A stretch of DNA of 63,702 nucleotides, filler included. It is 7 parts of 7 records of this genome, joined end to end, with 100 filler letters (N's around TTAATTAATTAA, not from the genome) between each part and the next. Parts side by side here need not be neighbours in the genome. Positions count along the whole stretch, not along the records: positions 55,653 to 60,370 come from SRR20825010_6030; positions 60,471 to 63,702 come from SRR20825010_6137; 5 more parts are not named here. One strand, 5' to 3'. Shown piece by piece: positions 57,742 to 63,702 of the stretch. The notes under the pieces are model-generated. The model was not told the DNA's origin and searched no databases. It was given only the letters and a program-made list of their open reading frames with translations. Positions within the stretch are counted from its first letter, which is position 1; each line of letters opens with the position of its first letter. The translations under genes were made by a program, and so were the position numbers.

Positions 57742-60236
57742 GTGGCAGCCGCCCCGAGACCATCGAGGATCGCCCGCATCCGCGCGCCGTAACGCGCCGC
57801 AATCGCCTCTTGCGAGAAATCGCGCCGCACCCGGTCCAGCGCGGCGGTCGTGCGGGCGGCGCGGGTGTCGGGGTCGTGATACAGCGCGCGCATCTGCGCG
57901 GCGGCGTGGTCCAGATCCGGCTCGGCCCATTTCTGGCCGGGACGGACAAAGATGTAATCCTGCGGGCCGACCTCTGTCAGGGTGTAATCCACCAGCCAGC
58001 AGGTATCCTGATCGCAGTAATCCATATTGCCGGAATAGGCGGTGGCCAGCACCGGCAGGCCAAGGTTCATCGCCTCGATCATGCCAAAGCCCCAGCCCTC
58101 GGAGCGGTGCAGCGACACATAGGCATCCGCGCCCTTTTTCAGCTGCAAGACTTCTGCATAGGGCAGGGTCTCATCGATTAGGGTCAGGCGCGGATCGGCC
58201 TGCAGGGCGGCGTCGATCCTGTGCCACAGCGCGGTCTGCGCCGGGTCCGCGACCCGCGCGCGGTTCTGCGTCTTGAGCACCAGTCGTACCGGAGGGGCAC
58301 CCGGCGCGCCCTGCGGGAAGGCGCGGGAAAACGCGTCGATCACCCCAAGGGCGTTTTTGCGCATCAGGAAAGAGAAGCTGTCGAAGGTGACGAGAAAGGT
58401 GAAATCAGCCGCGCTCGCCCCGATCCGCGCCTCCAGCCGCGCGCGGGCGGGCGCGCGGGGGATATCGGGCAGGTCCTCATAGCTCATGCCGACGGCGGTG
58501 ACGGGTTTGTCCGTATGGGGCTGGAACACGTCGACGCCGAATTGCGGCGCGACCCAGAGTTCATCCACCAGATCGATCCCCAGCGGATGACAGGCCCCGG
58601 GGCTGTCGAGTTCCCAGAACGGGTAGGCGATGTTATAGCTGCCGGAAAACACATCCGGCAGATAGGCGGCGGCCAGCGGCAGCGCCTCGACGTTGATGTG
58701 CCACAGGTTGACGCGGGCGGGGCGCAGATCGGCCAGCGCGCGGGCGCGGGCGGCATCCTCGGGCGAGGGATTGTCGAGGGTGAAATCGACCCGGTGCACG
58801 CTGTACCCTGCGCGCTCCAGCATCAGGGCCGACAGCCGTGTCGCCTGTCCCAGCCCCGAGGCCTTGCCAAAGGGGCCGATGATCTGGATCTCCACGAGGG
58901 CGTTTGCGGGGCTGTTTGCGGGTGCGCCGTCTGGCGGGGCAAAGCGGGCAAATTCCGCCCTGTGCCCTTCGGCGGTGAGGCTGGTGAAACACATGCGGTC
59001 CAGATCGAACCCGGCCAGCAATAGCGCGCGGGCATATCCGGCCCGGTCCAGTCCGGGCAGCGGCGTGCCCATCGACGCACAGAAATCCGCCAGCACGCCC
59101 CCCGACAGGGCGGCGTCTATGCTGGCGGGCGGGATGTAGCGCAGGAAATCGGGCCGCGACAGCGCCAGGATCAGCACGCCACAGGTCAGGTCGCGTCGTC
59201 CCTTTTCGGTGTCGATGGGCAGGGGGATAAGCTCTGCAGTCTCTGCCCGCAGCCGCAGCAGGAATTCCGACAGTCCCCATGGCTGGACGGTGGCCCCCTC
59301 GGGGAGAGCAGACAGCGCCGCGATATGGTCGGGCGGCACCAGACAATCCTCACAATGCAGCGCCCAGGCCTGCCCGGCGGCCCATTGGTAGAGCCGGTCA
59401 AGCGCGCTGCGGGTCTTTGCGCCGGTGGTTTCAGCGCCGTCCTCCGAAAACAAACACGCGGCGCGGCTGAGGCCGCAGGGCTGGTTGTCTGTCATTGCCG
59501 GGGCGTTCAACCAGGCGATCGCAGCGGCGGACAGCGGGATCCGCAGCCCGCCGCGGGTGGCGCTGTAGTCGCTCAGATAATGCGCAAGGAGCCGGGGGAT
59601 GTCATCGGGAATCCGGGCCGGATCAAACCGGGTGTCCAGCCGGTCGCGCAGGCGCAGGAATTCCGCATAGGCAAAGAGCGGCGCAGGCAGAGTGCCGCCG
59701 TTCAGGTAATCCTGGGTGCCAAACATCCGGCTCTGCGCCGGCGGGGTCGGACGGGGTGCCCAGGCCGGGGGCGCGGGGGCGGCCAGACGGCGTGCCAGCC
59801 GTGTCAGATCCGCGTACAGCCGCCGGGCCAGCGGGGCACTGTCCGGCCCCAGCGGTGCGGCATGCGGGGCAGCGGCGGGGGGATCGGGCCGCCAATGGCC
59901 CAGCACATGCGCCCGCGCGCACATGACCCGCACCTCGGCCAAGCCGCCGTTGACCGCCACCATGTCACGGATCTCATCCGTCAGCAGCAGGACAAACCCG
60001 CCGTGGCCAGAGCCATACCCCAGCGCCGCCACATCGCCACGATAGGCATGGGCCGGGGCCTGCGCCAAAAGCGCGCCTTTGACATAAAGCCCCACCCTGA
60101 CGGTGCGGCGGGCCGGGACCAGCTGCACCCAGCCCACCAGCGCGCCGCCGATTTCGCCATCCAGATGTCCGCGAAAGCCGCGCAACCGTGCGGCTGGCCC
60201 GCGCAAGCGGCTGCGCAAGGCGTCAGGTAAGCGCAT
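57738..60236 (-). CDS. Family 4-type glycosyltransferase with a large N-terminal extension
   Basis: SGLGQA, YPFWEL, RKNA.G.I.AF, DAYVSLHRSEGWG..MIEAM..G.PV.AT.YSGN and WAEPD. Confidence 0.9.
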   Translation of the reverse strand: MRLPDALRSRLRGPAARLRGFRGHLDGEIGGALVGWVQLVPARRTVRVGLYVKGALLAQAPAHAYRGDVAALGYGSGHGGFVLLLTDEIRDMVAVNGGLAEVRVMCARAHVLGHWRPDPPAAAPHAAPLGPDSAPLARRLYADLTRLARRLAAPAPPAWAPRPTPPAQSRMFGTQDYLNGGTLPAPLFAYAEFLRLRDRLDTRFDPARIPDDIPRLLAHYLSDYSATRGGLRIPLSAAAIAWLNAPAMTDNQPCGLSRAACLFSEDGAETTGAKTRSALDRLYQWAAGQAWALHCEDCLVPPDHIAALSALPEGATVQPWGLSEFLLRLRAETAELIPLPIDTEKGRRDLTCGVLILALSRPDFLRYIPPASIDAALSGGVLADFCASMGTPLPGLDRAGYARALLLAGFDLDRMCFTSLTAEGHRAEFARFAPPDGAPANSPANALVEIQIIGPFGKASGLGQATRLSALMLERAGYSVHRVDFTLDNPSPEDAARARALADLRPARVNLWHINVEALPLAAAYLPDVFSGSYNIAYPFWELDSPGACHPLGIDLVDELWVAPQFGVDVFQPHTDKPVTAVGMSYEDLPDIPRAPARARLEARIGASAADFTFLVTFDSFSFLMRKNALGVIDAFSRAFPQGAPGAPPVRLVLKTQNRARVADPAQTALWHRIDAALQADPRLTLIDETLPYAEVLQLKKGADAYVSLHRSEGWGFGMIEAMNLGLPVLATAYSGNMDYCDQDTCWLVDYTLTEVGPQDYIFVRPGQKWAEPDLDHAAAQMRALYHDPDTRAARTTAALDRVRRDFSQEAIAARYGARMRAILDGLGAAAT

Positions 60237-60370
60237 CGTCGTCGGATCTTGCCATGATCTCTGCCAGCTGTTCGACGCTGACCTTGGGCGTCCAGCCCAG
60301 ATGGTCGCGCGCCTCATAGCCCTTTTGCAGCAAAAGCCGGGCCAGATAGCTGCCATCCTGTCCCGTGACG
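60223..60370 (-). pseudogene. gmd: GDP-mannose 4,6-dehydratase remnant with a large in-frame internal deletion
   Basis: Manual translation VTGQDGSYLARLLLQKGYE|ARDHLGWTPKVSVEQLAEIMARSDDDALT* joins the Gmd N-terminal Rossmann motif directly to the C-terminal LGWxP...M..D segment. Confidence 0.8.
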
Positions 60371-60470
60371 NNNNNNNNNNNNNNNNNNNNNNNNNNNNNN
60401 NNNNNNNNNNNNNNTTAATTAATTAANNNNNNNNNNNNNNNNNNNNNNNNNNNNNNNNNNNNNNNNNNNN
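60371..60470. other. Artificial contig-joining spacer
   Basis: N-run + TTAATTAATTAA + N-run. Confidence 0.99.
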
Positions 60471-61208
60471 GTACCCCATGTCGGCGGCGGCGCGGATGTC
60501 CTCGATGCTGACCCGCTCAATGCCTTCCAGATGGATGCCCGCGAAATCCACCTGTGCGCCAAAGGCGATGGCGGACAGGATCGCCAGCTTGTGCGCGGCA
60601 TCAATGCCGCCCACGTCCAGTTGCGGATCGGCCTCCAGATAGCCCAGACCGTCGGCCTCGGCAAAGATCTCCTGATAGGTTTTGCCGGAATTCTCCATCC
60701 GGGTCAGGATATAGTTGCACGACCCGTTCATCACGCCCATCACACGGGTGATGGCGTTGCCTGCCAGCCCTTCCATCAGCGTCTTGACCACGGGGATGCC
60801 GCCCGCGACGGCGGCCTCGAAACGCAGGTTGACGCCCTGCGCCTCTGCCAGTTCGGCCAGCGCCTGACCATGGATCGCCAGCATCGCCTTGTTTGCCGTG
60901 ACCACCTGCTTGCCCGCTTTCAGCGCCGCTTCGGTGGCGTTTTTGGCGGGGCCATCTGCGCCGCCCATGAGTTCGACAAAGACATCGACATCGTCACGAT
61001 TGGCCAGGGCGACGGGATCGTCCTCCCATGCGTAGCTGTCCAGATTGACACCCCGGTCGCGGCCCCTGGTGCGGGCAGAGACGGCGGAAATGGTGATCTT
61101 GCGCCCGGTCCGCGCCTCCAGCAGGGCGGCTTGCTGGCGGATGATGCGCACCACACCAACCCCCACCGTGCCCAGACCGGCAATACCAAGGCGAAGGGGG
61201 TCAGACAT
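60471..61208 (-). CDS. hom: Homoserine dehydrogenase, 3' truncated
   Basis: GLGTVG, VVTANKA, FEAAVAGGIP, NGSCNYILT and GYLEADP..DVGGIDAAHKL. Confidence 0.96.
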
Positions 61209-61303
61209 GGGCGAAATCCTTTGGCTGTAGTCAGGCGTTTTGGGTTCAGCCGCGATGTAGCCGTTTCACAGGCGGCGTGCAACGCAGGACCGTGGAACCG
61301 GCG

Positions 61304-61594
61304 CTACTGCAGACCTTCGGCCAGACGCTGACGTTCCCGGCCCGACAGGATTGATCCGCGCATCCGTGCTGCGCGTGACCTCAGCCGCGCCACCCGCGCC
61401 TCCAACTGGGCCTGGGTGGCCTGCGCATCGACCCTGCCTGCCGTGGCCTGCGCCAGCACCGGTTCAAGCGGCACAAGGGCAGGGTAGTCGGAGGCCGCCA
61501 TCTCGGCCGAGATCGTCCTGTCCAGTTCGGGAAACTGGGTGCAGGCGGCAAGGCAACAGGCGGCCAGCAGGGCGATCAGGGGGCGAATGCTCAT
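61304..61594 (-). CDS. Small lipoprotein, hypothetical
   Basis: Lipobox LAAC followed by TQFPELD...YPALVPL and an Arg-rich helix. Confidence 0.75.
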   Translation of the reverse strand: MSIRPLIALLAACCLAACTQFPELDRTISAEMAASDYPALVPLEPVLAQATAGRVDAQATQAQLEARVARLRSRAARMRGSILSGRERQRLAEGLQ

Positions 61595-61671
61595 GACAAC
61601 TTTCTTGCACCAGCCTGTCTGACAGCGCAAGCGGGCTTTGCTTTCCCATACGGTTTCATTAATCAGTGCCC

Positions 61672-62256
61672 ATGGCACGTACAGCAGGTTCACATTCCGA
61701 CATCACCGGGCCGCGGGTCCGTGCCGCCGCACTGAGGCTGTTCGCGCGTGGCGGCTATGCGGCGGTGTCGATGCGCGCCATCGCGGCCGAGGTCGGGGTG
61801 CAGGCCGGGGCGCTTTACAACTATACACCCGACAAGCAGACCCTGCTGTTTGAACTGATGCGCGATCACCTTGTGGATCTGCTGGCGGCCCTGCCGGTGC
61901 CAGAGGGCGGCGCATTGGCGCAGCTTGAATCCTTTGTCGCCTTTCACATCCGGTTCCACGCCGACCGGCCCGATGAGGTCTTCATCGCCTATATGGAATT
62001 GCGCAACCTCGACGCGGAAAACTTTGCCGAGGTCGAACGCCTGCGCCGGATGTATGAGGACCGGCTGGAAAACGTCCTGCGCACAGGCGTGGACAGCGGC
62101 GATTTCGCCGTCAAGGACACCAAGATCGTGACGCTGGCGATCATCGCGATGCTGACCGGGGTGAACACATGGTTCCGCGAAAGCGGGCGGCTGTCGCTGG
62201 ACGAGGTCGTCGCGCAATACTGGGACATGGTGCGCAAGGCGGTCAGCGCAGCCTGA
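61672..62256 (+). CDS. TetR/AcrR family regulator
   Basis: LFARGGYAAVSMRAIAAEVGVQAGALYNY..DK. Confidence 0.93.
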   Translation: MARTAGSHSDITGPRVRAAALRLFARGGYAAVSMRAIAAEVGVQAGALYNYTPDKQTLLFELMRDHLVDLLAALPVPEGGALAQLESFVAFHIRFHADRPDEVFIAYMELRNLDAENFAEVERLRRMYEDRLENVLRTGVDSGDFAVKDTKIVTLAIIAMLTGVNTWFRESGRLSLDEVVAQYWDMVRKAVSAA

Positions 62257-62628
62257 AGCGCCCGCGCGGGGCGTCCCCGGCGGTGATGTTCTGCTGTTGA
62301 TATCTGTTGATCGCGAAGCGTCGATAAAAAGGGCGGCGCCGCCAGATCGGAGGTATGAGACGGGATTTTACCCCGCATTCCTGAACCGTTCAGATATGGC
62401 CCTGATGTCGGGCCTCTTCTCCGGGTCGATACCGCAGGGGTGAAAGCCCTGCGGCTGTGTCATGACAGGGCAGGGTTTTAGGCCAGCGGGGTTAACACAT
62501 GCTGACCCAGGCGCGCGCCGGGGGGCGCAACGGGGCTGCCGACTGATCGTTCCGGGGCATCCCGGAATGTGCTATGATCGGGGTTAAAGGCGGGACGCTG
62601 TAATGGAGCCTGACCCAGGGATAGCCGC

Positions 62629-62886
62629 ATGACCGAGGACGAACATCTTGCATGGTTGAAAAAGATCATGCCCATGGTGGCCACCCTGATGACCCTGGGC
62701 ACATTCGCCGTGATCCGGCTGGCGGGTCATGACAACGGCAAGGCGCTGCTGGTCGCGGGCATCATGTTCGGCTTTGTGCTTTTTCTCTACGGCGCGCGGA
62801 TCGTTCTTGGGGTCAAGGGCTTTGTCGTGGTGATCGGGGCAGGCGCGCTGATTCTGTGGCGCCTGCAACGGAACGGGTATTTCTGA
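62629..62886 (+). CDS. Small hypothetical membrane protein
   Basis: 85 aa with three hydrophobic segments; AGGGA RBS. Confidence 0.6.
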   Translation: MTEDEHLAWLKKIMPMVATLMTLGTFAVIRLAGHDNGKALLVAGIMFGFVLFLYGARIVLGVKGFVVVIGAGALILWRLQRNGYF

Positions 62887-62957
62887 CCGGCACCCTGCAA
62901 CCGGATCACATCCCATTGTCCTGAGAACGTGAGGTGGGCGCATCGCCCACCCCTGTT

Positions 62958-63702
62958 TCAATGCGCCGGTTTGATGAACTTGCCGTTGCGCAACTCGGCA
63001 AAGGCCTGTTCCAGCTCGGCGCGGGTGTTCATCACGATGGGCCCGTGCCAGGCCACCGGTTCCTCGATCGGCGCGCCGGAGATCAGCAGGAAGCGCAGAC
63101 CTTCCTCGCCCGCCTGCACCGTCACCTCGTCCCCGGTGCCGAACCGGATCAGGGTGCGGTCGCCGCTGAGGTCGCGGATGTTGATCTCTTCGCCCGCCAC
63201 CTCTTTTTCCAGCAGGACGCCGGACGGGGCGGAGGCATCGGCAAAGGCACCGGCCCCCTGGAACACATAGGCAAATGCCCGGCGGTAGGTGTCGATGCGG
63301 AAGGTTTTCTTCACCCCCGCAGGCACGGTAATGTCGAGGTACTGCGGGTCTGCTGCGATCCCGTCCACCGGGCCGGTCTTGCCCCAGAAGTTGCCGGTGA
63401 TCACCTTGACCTGCGTGCCGTCGTCATCCGTCACCACCGGAATGTCCGCCGAGGTCACGTCCTGATACCGTGGCGCGGTCATCTTCTGCGCGGCGGGCAG
63501 GTTGCCCCAAAGCTGGAAGCCATGCATCTGACCACGCGCGTTTCCGGCGGGCATTTCCTGATGCAGGATGCCGGACCCGGCTGTCATCCACTGCACGTCC
63601 CCGGCCCCCAGCGTGCCGGTATTGCCCAGTGAATCGCCATGTTCGACCGTGCCTTCCAGCACATAGGTGATGGTTTCGATCCCCCGGTGCGGGTGCCAGG
63701 GA
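62958..63702 (-). CDS. Pirin family protein, 5' end beyond window
   Basis: WHPHRGIETITY, H.DSLGN, VQWMTAGSGILHQE, FQLW.NLP and GPIVMNT. Confidence 0.95.
   Translation of the reverse strand, partial: PWHPHRGIETITYVLEGTVEHGDSLGNTGTLGAGDVQWMTAGSGILHQEMPAGNARGQMHGFQLWGNLPAAQKMTAPRYQDVTSADIPVVTDDDGTQVKVITGNFWGKTGPVDGIAADPQYLDITVPAGVKKTFRIDTYRRAFAYVFQGAGAFADASAPSGVLLEKEVAGEEINIRDLSGDRTLIRFGTGDEVTVQAGEEGLRFLLISGAPIEEPVAWHGPIVMNTRAELEQAFAELRNGKFIKPAH

Noticed and set aside
62401-62450. Hammerhead ribozyme (CTGATG...GAAA)
   Set aside because: The core reads CTGATGT rather than CTGANGA, and the GAAA sits in a hairpin loop rather than at the junction.

Overview
This window is not one locus. It is seven unrelated contigs joined by six artificial 100-nt spacers (N-run, TTAATTAATTAA, N-run). 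Taxonomic labels below are inferences from gene content, synteny and composition. Contig 1 (1-17261, alphaproteobacterial, Rhodospirillales-like) carries a sulfatase/phosphonate-monoester hydrolase, a MaoC-type protein, a methyltransferase, a BisC-type Mo oxidoreductase, a two-subunit ThDP decarboxylase with an MFS transporter, a multi-PAS hybrid kinase and a truncated tRNA-Thr. Contig 2 (17362-24120, Rhizobiales-like) carries cbp3, bamE, hppA and the ribD-ribE-ribH-nusB-rfnT operon. Contig 3 (24221-42451, alphaproteobacterial) carries homogentisate catabolism genes, a TonB receptor, purC, higBA, htpG and the helicase-S4-terB-fdxA genes. Contig 4 (42552-49381, Burkholderiales-like) carries an acyl-CoA dehydrogenase with a TetR regulator, DoxX, pdeM with an Lhr helicase, and putA. 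Contig 5 (49482-55552) carries lipid/xenobiotic metabolism genes. Contig 6 (55653-60370, Rhodobacteraceae-like) is a surface-polysaccharide locus. Contig 7 (60471-63702, Rhodobacteraceae-like) carries hom, TetR and pirin. The most unusual feature is an accessory hotspot at about 32970-36400. There a family of short GGAATTAAGGGGACAC-like repeats, partly in tandem, abuts the 3' ends of several genes and brackets an AT-rich stand-alone HEPN-motif gene, next to a higBA module and a Cys-rich secreted orphan. Also notable are an in-frame internally deleted gmd remnant and a fusion protein whose sulfotransferase-like and SGNH-like motifs both look catalytically degenerate. No CRISPR array, rRNA, integrase or transposase was seen.
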